The notes: generated from the letters alone by a model not told the origin. A stretch of DNA of 63,908 bases, filler included, from Neolecta irregularis DAH-3 (GCA_001929475.1; 5 parts of 5 records of this genome joined end to end with filler, not necessarily neighbours in it); one strand, 5' to 3'; positions 23,673 to 36,990 are shown, counted from the first letter of the whole stretch. Numbers and translations are program-made.

Positions 23673-26307
23673 ATGTTTTCCGATCTCCGCTGCTTACATC
23701 CCGCTCCAACTTCACCGCTGCCTTCTCTACCAAACTTCTCTTCTTCCTTAGTACCTCGGAAAACTTCTCTCGGGTCGATGACTCAAGAGGTACGCTCAAA
23801 GAATATTTATTTGCATCAGGAGATCGCGCCAGTATCGTTCACAGTATCATCATCTACACTCAGCGAAACAAATAGGTCCTTTTTGTCGATTGCAGACGAT
23901 GAAGATTCAGGGGAAGAATTAAACGAAGAAACAGATGTCAACTTCAACCCTCGGTTGCATTCATCCCCACAGTCTTCCTTGGTGCAATCCGAAGACCCGG
24001 CATTTGCAAGGAACCTGATTGATCTAACCGATACGGTGCGCCCAACATGCAGCGATCTTCCCATCACCCTGGTAAGTTCAGAAGAATCAAGTAACAAAGA
24101 CGTTCTCCCGAATATCCCTGAGGCAGAATCTGATCTAATCTTACCTGTCGGATCCCCGGAAATACCTCCAGCCGAGTTTCCACCTGCACCTCAAAATCTT
24201 CCCTTGCATCGTTTGAAAGGCAATACCCCAAATTTGAATCGCATTCCGTCGATGATATCCGTTGCTGAGTCTGAACTATCGCCCTCGATTGACCCGCCTG
24301 TCATCACAGTAGTTCCGTTTCCCATTCCTATCACAGGTTTAAATCGTTCATCCCATCCAAATTGGCCCGGTCGACCTAGGATTATTCATTTCGGACAGTC
24401 AGGTGCTTCAGAATCATTCGACGAGGAGTCTGCACATACCGACGCCATGAAGCAGACAATACCTAGTGACAATTCATTTAGCCTCAGGACATCCTCAAAG
24501 CCGTGTTCTAACTCTATCTCATCGTCAGTGACAATGCCACCTACCTCTCCATCAAATGCGATGTCAAGCCAAACCCAAACTCGTGTTGATCCATGCATAC
24601 CGAAAGAGTGGGACAAACCGCCCCGCAAAAGCTCACTCTCTCAAAACCTCCGATCTGTCGCTTCAGAGTCGACTTTTAAACCAGCAGGTAAACCCCATGG
24701 CCAGGTGGTTAGTCCTCTGAGCTCACCCCGTCTGAACCGCCTGAATGTAGAGGCGAGATTCTTTGAAAATCAGGTATGCCCTTGAAATGAATGAGTTTTC
24801 ACCAGGAGAATTATAGTACTTCGACAAGTAAATCGTCAATGGATTCTCCTGTTTCAGAAAGCATCACAGCCTCTAGCCCGGTAGGTTTTGCAACTGTTTC
24901 TATATGTACTGAGCAAAAAGAGCCACGAATCGATAGCCATGGTATCAAAGCTTTCTTTTGAATCGTCATTATCAACTCCCAGTATTGAACCTGGAGATCT
25001 CCTTTGGAATGCGAGCCCTGTGGCTTCCAGAAATCAACCCCGTACTTCGATCTATTATTTCGTCTCTGATTATCCCAGGACGCTTAGCATCTCAAGAGTT
25101 TCGTCTTTCAAAGTTGACAGTCTCGAAAGAGACCAAGGTTGAAAATCCCAAAATAAAATTCTGGAGGAGGAAAAAGCATACTGCCGAATTTCCCCCAATG
25201 CCAAGTGTCGCAGAGTTAAATACCCACCCACCACGTCCCCCTTCGCCTTTTGAATCAACTCCCTTCTCGACAAATACTTCCGTGCCGGTAGAAAGTGGGA
25301 CACAGTCATCAAGAAGCAACCCACCGTCTGAATCAACTGATATTAATAAGCCCATTCTATTACCCAGTCAGTCTAATTATGATCCTCCTTATTCTAATAC
25401 CAACGCTCTGAAAGAAGTGATAAATCATTTCAAATTCGTTCAGTTATCACCTGAAGAAATGCTCTGGTTGACAAAAGAAACAATTAGTCGATATTTGATC
25501 AAGAACGAGGGAATAATCAAAGATACTCTTGACAGTTTACATTTCACTCTCACTTACCGAAAGCAAGAGCAACTCGCCATCCTTCGTGAAAAGAAATTCG
25601 AATCAATGGTATACTTTGTTTACTCAGACATTAATACAAAGTGCTCTGCAGGTTCAATTTTCATCCACGGCTTCGATAAACTACATCGTCTAATACTTTA
25701 CATTTATGTCATTAAATTATTCAGTATAAAAGACCGGTTTTGCTTACTGATTTGGTATCTCGAACGATTATGCGAACTTTCGGCGAGGAACTTTTGCGTC
25801 ATAGTGGACTATCGTGAATGCAATGGAACAAAAGAGACCTCTAATCTCAATGATTCGAAAGAATTCATTGCGAATTTATGCGCGCATTTTCCGGAAAGAC
25901 TAGGTGCTTTGTTTGTTTTTCAGGGTTGATATTCATTCTATAAATTAACTGATTACCCAGCGCCGTTCAAAGTTCGAGCCTTTTTTAAAGTCGTCGCAAC
26001 AGGAATGTCTCAGTTAACGAGAAGGAAAATTCATACTAGTAATTCTTCGTTACTCGAATTCATCGATTCAACTATGCTGCTCTCTTCTTTCGGTGGGTCC
26101 AACACGTTTGAATATTCTCATTCTCGCTACTGGTCAGAGTTTATTCGCGTGATCAGTTCCCGGCGAAGAAGACGACTGACTGGTTGGGAACGATTGGGAA
26201 GGGGTATTGGTATTTCTGACGTCGACTGTATTGAATTTGGAATTGACAGGGCTCGGCTTGATGATGATGAGAATTCGCAGCCTTCAGCTCCGACGTCTTT
26301 GCTTTAA
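23673..26307 (+). CDS. CRAL-TRIO (Sec14/Pdr16-like) protein with a very long Ser/Pro-rich N-terminus
   Basis: WLTKETISRYL, IHGFDKLHRLILY, LCAHFPERLG, FGGSNTFEYSHSRYW. Preceded by a long low-complexity coding region. Confidence 0.75.
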
Positions 26308-26978
26308 TGTACGAATATCTCACTATATCTATATCCTTTGGTTGATTGAGGATTTTCATAACTTGGGAATATTATTTATTGATCTTGTTTGGAAGTCAGA
26401 ATGACAATCCGACTTTAAGCTTCAGATATCCGTTATACTCGGATGAACCAAGTCTCTGCGACTTACTAACAATGTAAGCCTTAACTAGTGATCTACTAAT
26501 ATATCGTTATGGATGACAACTGGGCAATCCAGAGATTACAACATCAAGAAAAATATTGAGCGCGCGTTTGGTGGGCACCAAATTTCATGAAATTTGGCAA
26601 TTTGTCAAATTCAAATTTTAAGCCCGGTTTGGTACCCACTTTCTTGGAATAAATTTTGTGGAGTCTTCCCAATTTCTTCAAAAAAGAAAAGTCCTCACTT
26701 TTTTTTCTGGTTTCCCTCATCATATAAGGTATATATACCAAGGTTTGTTCTTAATTGACATTCCATTTTGCTCTACTCATTTTCGTTGGATGGATTGTTG
26801 GTAAAAGGGTTGCTGAAATATTGGTGGTGTGTTGGATGGGAATATTATAAAAAATAATTTCATAAATTGTATTTTTATGTGGTGTGTTGTAGATAGATAT
26901 CTATCTAAAAACAAAAGCATCAAAAACCTGAATTGCAATCTAAAATTCCGAATTAGCAAATAAAGAAGCCAAAGTAAA

Positions 26979-27761
26979 CTATTGCATTCTCCCATATCCC
27001 CCACGATAACTATCCATGTCTTTGATATTACAATCTGGACTCCAATCTAAACTTTTCTCGCGTTCTTTGAACTGGCGACTGGGGCGAAGCTTAAGTTTGG
27101 TAAATATAGTGAAAAAAATGAATATAGAAACAATGGCACCTCCTGGGCGATTAGCAGATGAGAAGGGACACCAAAATGTACCGACGCCAATAACAGCGAT
27201 GATTGGAGTCTTTGAATTGACATCTCCAGATTTCCCATTGGCTTCTAGCGATGGGATTATGGGGGCAGAGGCTGGAATGCCCGTTGGCAAAGGGGCATAC
27301 TCCTCAGAAACGTCTTGTGATGAAGACGGCGTAGGCTGTGAAGACTGCACAGTTACCCCGCTTTCACCATGCGCAGCCTTCTCCGGCGAATTATCCATCG
27401 AAGCAGTGACAACATGGCCAGCGCGTCCTCCGGTTTCCGCCGATTCCAGTCCAGGAGTTGATGGGATACTAGATTCTGGAGTATGTGAAGAAGCTGACGA
27501 AGTTATATGGGCAAGGGCTGATGTAATTGTATGGGTAGAAACGGACTGCTCTGTCGTCGGCACCACTTCAGGGTCAGGAGAGAACGACATATGGGATTCG
27601 GAATTGGTTGCCGGATCGGATGCAACTGTAGTCTTGACGGCTGATGAGGTAGATATGGTGGAATTGACAATGCTATCGCCCGGGGAACGAGGCTCCAGGG
27701 GTATCAACGACGGTAATGCATTAACGACCCAAAAAACAGAAAGCGCACGAAATATGCGCAT
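26979..27761 (-). CDS. Single-pass membrane protein: signal peptide, Ser/Thr-rich ectodomain, transmembrane (TM) helix, short basic tail
   Basis: MRIFRALSVFWVVNALP, an S/T-rich stretch, and IIAVIGV..GAIVSIFIFFTIF followed by KLKLRPSRQFKER. Confidence 0.8.
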   Translation of the reverse strand: MRIFRALSVFWVVNALPSLIPLEPRSPGDSIVNSTISTSSAVKTTVASDPATNSESHMSFSPDPEVVPTTEQSVSTHTITSALAHITSSASSHTPESSIPSTPGLESAETGGRAGHVVTASMDNSPEKAAHGESGVTVQSSQPTPSSSQDVSEEYAPLPTGIPASAPIIPSLEANGKSGDVNSKTPIIAVIGVGTFWCPFSSANRPGGAIVSIFIFFTIFTKLKLRPSRQFKEREKSLDWSPDCNIKDMDSYRGGYGRMQ

Positions 27762-28247
27762 AGCTACACAAAAACACGGAAAAGCAGCGAACGACGGACA
27801 AAAAGGAGCGTATTATCCTAAAGAATGACTGGTGCGAGAGGCAGAGGAAGGACGGTGGTGCACGTGCGCCAACGTCTACCATGTGTGGCACACAAGAATA
27901 TCACACTTGGCTGTCTCATCCTTGCAACAAAATGAACATTTGGCCAGCCCTGTATAGAACCACGCTATGCTATTCATCCCACCCTTATCCTTCCCCATTC
28001 AGTAATATCGCTGAATGCGCTTGTTTGTCGTATATGGTCTGTGAATGAGAAGTATGATCAGAGGAATCCAAGGACATGTTTCCATAGGCTACATGTTGAC
28101 CAAAAGGAGAATATGATCTGAAATTCTTGGATTTCTCATTTCCTCTACAAACACAATTCAGACAAATGGACTACAGCCTGCCAGGAATTTGTTGGTCATC
28201 TGAAAATAAATTAGCAAGCTAAGGCCGCTATGTCAGCAACTTAGACT

Positions 28248-29593
28248 ATGGGACTTCACTTTCTCTCTCTCTCGCAGTACTACGTTTCCATCCTGTTTTC
28301 ACGCGCACGACCAAAATTCTCCAGCAACCCTTGCCACGGGTCGAGAGACTCCTCCCGATCCAGCCTGTCTACTCTGCGACCGGAGCCAATCAAACCCCGG
28401 ACAACTCCTTTCGCGAAACCCGAAGGGAGATCGCAAATCGCGGAGAAGGCCTTGACAAGAGCAGAAATTGATGCCACTGCCAGGATCATAGAACACTTTC
28501 AAAAAGAAGACCTGATAGACGACGAGAAGTTCTGGTTAACCAAAGAGTGCGTATTGAGGTATTATCACGCATCAAAGACAGACATCACCCAAGCTATCTC
28601 GCGCATCAGTAAAACTCTTGCCTGGAGAAAAGAGGTTGGAATCTATTCGATTACGGCCGAAGAAATTTGCACTAAAGTATCTTTTCGTCTTCTTTCGATG
28701 ATATCTGAACTCAGGCCCAAACCGGGAAGCAGGTCCTTCTAGGGTTTGACTACGCAAGGCGTCCCGTTTTATACCTTTATCCTGGTCGTGAAAATACATC
28801 ATTCTCACCTAGGCAATCGAAATATTTCGTATGGAGTCTCGAACGATGCATCGAGCTCATGCCACTGGGAGTCGATACCCTGGTCATATGTATCAATTAC
28901 AAATCTACGACTTCGATTACTTCTTCCTCCTTCACCCAAAGCAGAGAAGTCATTCATATATTACAAAATCACTACGTTGAGCGACTGGGAAAGGGAATCA
29001 TAATAAATAGTACAGCCTCATTCTATTTCTCTCTAAATCATCTAGTGCCATGGTTCGTGACTGCTTTCTTTAAACTTATTTGCCCTTTTCTTGACCCGAA
29101 AATTCGTCAAAGTTTGATATTCAATGAAAACCTGAGAAATCACATCCCATCCCATCAACTGGACAGCGAGTTCGATGGCGGTCTTCACTTTGATTATGTT
29201 CACACGGAATATTGGCCCTGCCTCTTGAATATCACACAGCTACGATCTGATGGAATGAGACGACGTTGGAGAGAATACGGCGCATGTGTGGGAATAAGTG
29301 AATGGGATTTAAAAGACGGGTTAGAAGAAGAAGTCGATTTGAAGTTGGAGAATGAAGTACATGATATCTTTCTTTTCGAGCAAGCTACCAAGGACAGCGA
29401 ACAGACGGAGAGACCAGGAACCAAATACCAGGATTCCATCCATCAGGAAGCTGTCGAAACTGCTATTCCAACTATCGTAAACAAGGGGCATGTATGTGTT
29501 GTTACGGAAGAGACAGAAAATCGAGACAGTAAAGTTCTGCAAAGTGCGATGAGCGATACCGCCAGTTTCGTCACTGCTGCGGAGAAGCATTGA
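28248..29593 (+). CDS. CRAL-TRIO phosphatidylinositol transfer protein (Pdr16/Pdr17-like)
   Basis: WLTKECVLRYYHASK...TLAWRKE, LYLYPGRENT, ILQNHYVERLGKG, PFLDPKIR and FDGGLHFDYVHTEYWP. Confidence 0.88.
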
Positions 29594-30403
29594 TTTCACA
29601 TGAAAGGCAAGGCGTTTTTGATATTGTTTGCTTTATGCTAAGGGAGTATCTAATATTATTTCATTCACAATATGACTACAAAATCGGGATCAATAAAAGC
29701 TGATCGTCGTTTCTAAAAGTCCCTTTTCGAACAAACCTCTTCAACAATTTAACCGCCAGTTCGATAGCGTGAACTGGGCATATCAGCAAATAGAAATGCA
29801 GCTAGGTGTTACCTCTAGTCTCTCGAATTTAATGCATAATTGATTGAAAATTTGCAATGTCTAATGTACTCTGGAGAGGAATCTTTCCCTTTTTAAAACG
29901 TTCCTAGATCCGTTAAGAGACGTTTTGAAAAAGGAGAACTACTCCAGGAGCATTTGGGGAATAACGGGGCATTGATTTTAATGATTGGGCCTTTACTAAA
30001 TTTCGGTTTATGATTAATTCAGAGCGACACGCCCGTCGAGTTGTTGGCCATACCACATCAAGTTAAATTAGGATTTTGTGGCCTAAGGGTGCGTTTTGCC
30101 AAAATAATTTCATGAAATCCGAAGTCGTAAAGTTTGAAATTTATTTCGCATAATTCCAAAAAATCTGGGTTGATGTCCCTTGCCAATTTTATAAAATAGC
30201 ATTTCCTTATTCCTGATTATTTTACATCATAAAAGAATGTGGTTATTTTGTGGTTACAAGACCCGCGTGTTAAATCCGAATTTCATGAAATTCTGCCTAA
30301 ATCGGGCCAAAAAACTGGCTGCAAATGCATCCTAAGTCTTAACCCCTTCTGAAGACCATGAAACAGATCCCTAATCCATTTTAATTGGCGTCAATAGCCT
30401 GAT

Positions 30404-31137
30404 ATGTCCAAGATCCCCGTATTATTCAGAAATCGACATTTCTTGGCAGTTCATAAACCGCCAGGAATAAATAGCCAACCAGGAGTTCCCAATCATCCTA
30501 CAGTCCTTGGTCTTCTTCAGATTCAATATCCAAAACTCTTCGCACCAAAAGCTGATCCGTTTCACGAGCCAAAACTCGTTCATAGATTAGATAGGCCTGT
30601 AACTGGCGCGCTCTTGTTAGGTACAAGTGTTCTAGGGACCCGGACACTGGCAAAAAGATTCAAGGAAGGGACGATCGGTAAACTTGTATCACGTTTTACT
30701 GATCTCCATTTGCTGACCTTTGAAGTACCATGCTATTGTGCCGCAAATAAGTTCAAGGGCTACCGAAGGAACAATTACCTTAGGTAATTCAGTTACGACT
30801 TATAAAGTTCTTCTTACAGACTATCGATATTCGCTACTCTCGCTGATTCCTAAAACCGGAAAGAAACATCAACTGCGCGAATTCTGCGCAAAATGGCTTC
30901 AGGGTGCTCTTTCTGGTCTTCTGAACTAATTACAAAGCCCCAGTCCTTGGAGACAAACTCTTCGGCTCGAGCATCGCATTACCTGATGGAAAAATCGCCC
31001 TTCACTGTTCGTCCATGAGATTTCCATTCGGACTGGAAACCATTGTTATTTCAGCCGAACCTCGAAAAGAGGACGGTATCTTCCACGTATATGGACATTC
31101 AAGATGGTGGAAGAATAATTATGGACGATTACCCTAG
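30404..31137 (+). CDS. RluA-family pseudouridine synthase (Pus5-like; 3' end uncertain)
   Basis: AVHKPPGINSQ, HRLDRPVTG with the catalytic Asp, TGKKHQLR, PVLGDKLFG and IALH. Confidence 0.88.
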
Positions 31138-31540
31138 GTTTGTATTTCGTGGGCTGCCAAAAGTAACACCTACCGGAGCAATATGGCTCATTTCTACGCC
31201 CTGCAGAATTTCAGGAAAATTCTTTGAATTCCAATGGCCTTTATCGTAATGTCATGCCTTTGAGCACTGGAAGCCAAGTCGGCATTAAGGTAAAGTTTGG
31301 TGGACAACATTTTTCGTTTCCCAAGGACAGATGATCGTATAGTTCACTGTAAAATGCATTCTATATGTATTATTTTGTATACTATCTAGCCAATTTTCAG
31401 TTCAACTCTCAAGAAAATCTAAAAGAGATCGGGGTTCGGCCTAATATTCTGGTAAAGAAAGTTGTTTAGGGGTAGCACCGCTTCATGTTATTCATGGCAA
31501 CATTTAGAAAATAATGACAAGACTAATTACAAAATCCGTC

Positions 31541-32437
31541 CTATGCGATATTCATATATGCCTCCATATCTTGGCGGTACTTTTCCGAACGTGCTTTCGC
31601 CAGTTGAAAGTATTTCTAGAATAGCTTAGAACCCACTACGAAGTCAATGGTATATACCGTTTTTTCGCTATCGCTCATGTTTCTCCAGGTTTCTCCAGAT
31701 CTTTTGCCATTCTCCGCGACACTCAAACTAGGGTCTCGATTTTCAATATTGAAGAGCAAATACGCGGTTAAAGGTCTTTTGGGTCGTCTCGAGTCAACGA
31801 GAGGTTTAATATTGCTCTTTCGGCCATTTTTCTTGAGTTTTCTTCGGAGAGCATTTTCTTTTGCGATCTCATCGGGGGTAAGACTAGTGACATATTGCTC
31901 ATAAGCTCGTTGGTAACTTTCCTGGGCGGTCATAGCTCGAGATTGCCAATGCTAGAAGCTCAATTGGAGTAGTGGGAGAAGACGTACATTCTTTTCTGAT
32001 TCAGATAATCCTTGCCATTGAGAACTCAACTCGCGGATACGGTCATGAGGAGGAATTCCGGCGACAGCAGAGTGGTTCTCCTTGACAAATTGAGAGAAGA
32101 GATTGCCGGGAAATCTAGGGACGTCCCGTTTCGCGACCAACTTCTGTACGATGCGTTTTTTGGGCTTTTTTATAGCTTTCTTGACTGTCTTTTTGGGCTT
32201 TTTTATAGCCTTCTTGACTGTTTTTTTGGGCTTTTTGACTGGTTTCTTCTTTGCAATGGTCTTCTTAGAAGCGACTTTCTTGGCAGGTTTCTTGACAGCT
32301 GCGTTCTTGACGACAGAGGTCCTGGCGGCGTTGATCGCCTCTACAATCGGTGAAGCCTTCGCGTATCCACGTATGACGAGCACAGCGGGGGCACGGAGAG
32401 CGAATCCTGCAAGGGGGCGGACGAAGCGGACGAGCAT
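31541..32437 (-). CDS. Mitochondrial double HMG-box protein (Abf2/TFAM-like) with a Lys-rich repeat
   Basis: Arg-rich presequence, KKPKKTVKKAI repeats, HMG box 1 (PGNLFSQFVKEN...WQGLSESEK) and HMG box 2 (PKRPLTAYLLFNIE...WRNMSDSEK). Confidence 0.85.
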
Positions 32438-32747
32438 TGGGGATGAGAGGGATGAGAGGGAGTGGGGAAAGCTGCCTTTTCAGGCGGCGAGGCCAGGCGT
32501 CAAGAATGTGCAATCGCCACTAATTTCTGGATGTATTAGCGGCGATTGCATCATGATGAGTCCCTTTTGTTTCAACCTCGGACCTGGGACCAAGAAGTTG
32601 GTCCTCCTGGTTTCTGTGTAGCTGCAGTCCCTGGGATTCTCGCATCTTGATATATAACTGGCACGGAGACCACATTATCCTTGCATTATGAAGGGCCTGG
32701 GTTTCACCTGGCTCACTTTTGCAGGCTACAGCCGTCAACCACCAACA

Positions 32748-33616
32748 ATGGCCTGTATGCGCCCACTGTCTCGCTGTTTTTCGGTCTCAGCACGCACAAG
32801 TGTTCTTGGCGGTCGCTTTTCCTTTTAATGCCCCCTTCGCTGATTTCGAAGCCGAGCAGCGCATCCACCTCCCGATCGTCAATCCTGCCGACTCTGCTCC
32901 CACTGACCGTCTCGCCAAATATGGGATGTACCTGATGACCGCTTTCCCTAAGTACATCCAACTATTTTCCCTCTACAAAGATGAACTTTCCCTTCATATC
33001 TCTCCGTCAGGCCTTGTACCCATCATGACCTTTCTCAAATATCATACAAATGCACAATTTAAAAGTGTCATGGACATCGCATGTGTAGATTATCCAACAA
33101 AATCCAACCGCTTCGAGGTCGTATATAATATACTCTCGCATAGATGGAATGCCCGCCTTCGTGTCAAAACTTACGCGAACGAAGCCTCTTCGGTTCCAAG
33201 TATAACTGATCTTTTTCAGGGGGCAAACTGGTACCCTATCCTCAATTTTTATCTCTCCTCACAATCAAGGTATGAGCGCGAGGCCTATGACATGTTTGGA
33301 GTTTTCTTCTCCAACCACCCTGATTTGCGTCGTATACTGACCGACTATGGATTCGAAGGTCATCCTCTTCGGAAAGACTTCCCATTAACTGGGTACACGG
33401 AAGTCCGCTACGATGAAGAGAAGAAGCGAGTCGTTGTTGAGCCATTGCAATTACAACAGGGTAATTTCTCATCTGTCTTCGAATCTGACATTTGTAGCAT
33501 TCAGGAATTTCGAAGCTCAAAGCGTCTGGGAACCTGTTGGCAAGGGCGTGGATAAAGTTCCCGAAAACATGAAGACAGCAGAACCTAAATTAAATGAAGG
33601 GAAGAAAGAGAAATAA
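32748..33616 (+). CDS. NDUFS3: NADH:ubiquinone oxidoreductase 30-kDa subunit
   Basis: Presequence [31 protein letters not shown] and [29 protein letters not shown]. Confidence 0.96.
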
Positions 33617-34223
33617 GTATCTCGTTCTGGTTCATGGATAGCTGGAGCATTGATAGCACTCTTATAATTTGTCAAAGAGAAATACTCCCTCGGTTGGTCC
33701 AGGAAACACTTCATTTTTCCCTAATTGCATGATTTTTCTGGAGGTTATCCACTAAGATTATGAGATCCGTTTCAGGATCACAAATCATCCACCTGCAATA
33801 CTGAAATGTATTACTGAAATATATTGCTTTATTATATGTTAAAAACATTCAAGCAATTTTACGAGAAATACACACAACTTGTGCCATGGGAAGCCAGCCT
33901 TACCCAATTTGGAGGTTCATTATTTACATTCATTATTTCAAAACTTTGAAAAAACGCGAAGCGATCATGGAATGAATATAACGCTCTCAGTCATTCTCAG
34001 ACAATGGCTAAAAATGACGTCATAACCTGGCGGCATTGATCAACAACATAATACATTATTATCTCAGGGATCTGCCAAATATCCCTTCTCAAGTCTGCAT
34101 TTTGAGGACATCAAGAATGTCTGCTAGCTAATTTGTTCTCCAGACAGTAAAAAAGTAAAAAAGTATGCTTAATTAATCGTTTTTGCGCAGTCCAAAATTA
34201 AAAATGAAGATGAAAAAAAATGT

Positions 34224-34316
34224 CGACAACTGCAGGATTCGAACCTGCGCGGGTAAAACCCAACCGCTAATCTGATAATTAGCAGGCGATCGCCTTAACC
34301 ACTCGGCCAAGTTGTC
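34224..34316 (-). tRNA. tRNA-Ser(GCT) with an ~11-nt intron
   Basis: GACAACTTGGCCGAGTGGTTAAGGCGATCGCCT-GCT-A[intron]AGCGGTTGGGTTTTACCCGCGCAGGTTCGAATCCTGCAGTTGTCG. It has a long variable arm and a downstream oligo-T terminator. Confidence 0.95.
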
Positions 34317-34399
34317 TCGGCTTCCCATGGGTAGGAATATAAGGATCAATATACTCGTATTAATGTGAACAAGATTCAATCATTGACTTCGCCTTTTAA

Positions 34400-36990
34400 A
34401 TATACTGAACATCGCTGCACATCCTCCTCAAGGGAGTCGCCGATAAAACAGCCTTCATCATCGTAGTGAAAGCGCTTCGTTGAATGATTCTACTCTGGAA
34501 ACGTTTTTTCCGTTTCTTAATTTTTTCAGTGCTGAACTGCATTCATCAAAGTATACTTGCACTGAAAGACTTCTTCAGATGACAACCCAAGCCGGTCTTT
34601 AGTGATTCTAACCTTTTACTCTCGGTATCCCTGGATTTTCAACTTGGAAGTGATCCGCCATAGTAGCACATGTCTGACCGAGATATACGCATGAAGGTTT
34701 CGGTTCCGAGATACAGTATGAGCTGAAATGCCATAATGATGGAAATCATGGTAGGTGTAAGTGTTGAAGCTCGAGTTCGAATAAGACCAGGTTTATTATA
34801 CTAGCCTGAGTGACTGAGCTTGGCTAGGTAGTGAACGCCTATCTACTTTATATAATACAAATTAAATTGCCGCAATATTATTGCGGGCCTTCCTTCCGTA
34901 ATGGTAAGCTCTACCCAAGGGTATATGCTTACAGTAGGAAGACTGATTTCGATCTCTTTCGCCCTTCGAGTCCTCTTGTAACCATTGGAGTGATCTGTGT
35001 AAAGAAATGGAATCGTGTCGAAAGAAAATACAGAATCTTTGATGAGAACTCTTGCATTGTAGGGTAATATTGAATTGGTAGCATTGCCGTTGTGTCACTT
35101 CCTAATTCCGAACACTCATCACCGCTGATCTACTATTCTGAAACGGCTCGTGTCATTCCACGCTCCACCACGTGTCATGCTATTAAATTATTATTTTCAC
35201 GGCCTAGTACTTGCTCATTCTTGAAACATTGGCCCTAGCATTATTCTTAGTAATTACTAATCCTATGGATAATCCTTCAGGACAGCTTACGATGACATTT
35301 TGGCACATCAAAGAATTATGACTGTCGCTCGAATTCACGCTTTGAACCCCTCACAAAGGGCAATCGCTTTGTACAGGATAGAGATTGTTCCTCTAACATT
35401 CCCCGTCTAACTATTCAGCTTGCGTTCCCATACCATCAAACAATCATATCAAGATCCTTGCTATCAATGTCTTTAAATCGTTTCCCCGAAAATGGTCGCG
35501 TGGTCAGTTGTAGACCGATATGTCACATTTCTGCGATAAAAGGAACATACCCTCCATCTTGTTCCATGCTTCCCCATCCTCTGTTGCCCTCTGATTTGCT
35601 GCAGTCATATCGTAAATTATGATGTCGAAAATAAGAAAATCACGTCCCTCGAGTGAAACCCCGCCAGTATTTCAACGGCCAGAGACAATGTTTGAGTCTG
35701 GGATTACAGCTTTATTGATTCATATAGAGTATGCGTTATACAATGACCGTTCGGCTATCTGCAGTACTGTAATTCTAAATGAGTGGGCCTGTATCTTGAT
35801 CTAACAAAATCGAGCTTGGATGAAAAAACCAAGATCGCTGTTGCGATCAGAACAAGAGATTAATAACTTGGGACACATGGATTTGATAATTTCCATTATG
35901 GAGAGTGATGAGCGAAGTCCCGGTGTATTCTTTCTATGTCGGTTTAATATTTGTAAAACAAGGAATGACCAACTAAAGAAAGCTTGGAACTGTCCAGTTC
36001 TTTAGCATAGTTGCAAATATCATAATCGTTTCAGCCTGCAATATCACATTCCTGAGAAATGACAGGCAGTCGTCGATTAATATGTCCAGCCAATGCTCTA
36101 GGGTTCCTGATCTCTGAGTCCGTCGATCAGCTATGTTGCTGAAAGAACAGTTGGAGAAATTACTATAAGTGTGAATTAGGATCAATAAACATAATCCTTT
36201 ATATGAGTTCACAAGCTCTATTCCTTCTACTTTACTTTCTGGATGCTGATAACTTTAAGCTAATAGAACCTTATGCTAGAATCAAAGTCTAGAATGGTCT
36301 GGAAATTGTGATTTCTGCAATCAACGTCTCGTAGTCTGGAGACCATAAGAATTGTAAACGAAAGTTTCGGCATCCTCGCTTTCTTCAACACCCGCAATTC
36401 AGAAATTGCTCCATACAATGTGTGTTCGACTAGAACATAACAAACAAAGCTTAGCCATCTAGCCTACAACCGCCTAGTAAATGGTCGATCTATGAATAAG
36501 CGAGAACTAGAAGCCAAATGCTCTACATTAGTTATTAGGCAGTAGCTTCATTTGATGAACATGATGAGCAGAACCAGACGCAATAGTACACATATATTCC
36601 TATCATTAGTTGGACAAGCGACGTTTGTCGGTAGTGAGTAATATTGCCTCTCAATATCAGTTACTATTCCAGGAATATGTTTGGACACAGGGTAATGAAG
36701 TGTCTCGCCCTGCGGAGGTATTTTCCTTCTGAGCTTTGTCTGACGCCTTAAAATGACAAAGGAAACAAAGAACAAATTGATGAACACAACTTTCAGAGCT
36801 AGATGGCACCAAAAGATCCTCACCACAAAGCTGGGATTGTATCAAACTCCTAACTTTTGGGATTTTTGCCTGGCAACTGCTCTCATGGAAGAGAGCATAC
36901 CATTACTAACTGTGAAAATGATGTAGGTTATGTCTTGAGTGCGAATTCACTGATCATGCTTCTTCGTCACCGTTTTCTCCTGATCCTTAT
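34400..36990 (-). other. Possible unrecognised multi-exon gene
   Basis: 2.6 kb of coding-like composition with short minus-strand ORFs. No domain recognised. Confidence 0.3.

Noticed and set aside
27016-27828. 270-aa plus-strand ORF (and similar antisense ORFs at 20542 and 32103)
   Set aside because: Antisense shadows of well-supported minus-strand genes.
32553-32620. ATGATGA C-box plus hairpin as a snoRNA
   Set aside because: No suitably placed D box or terminal stem.
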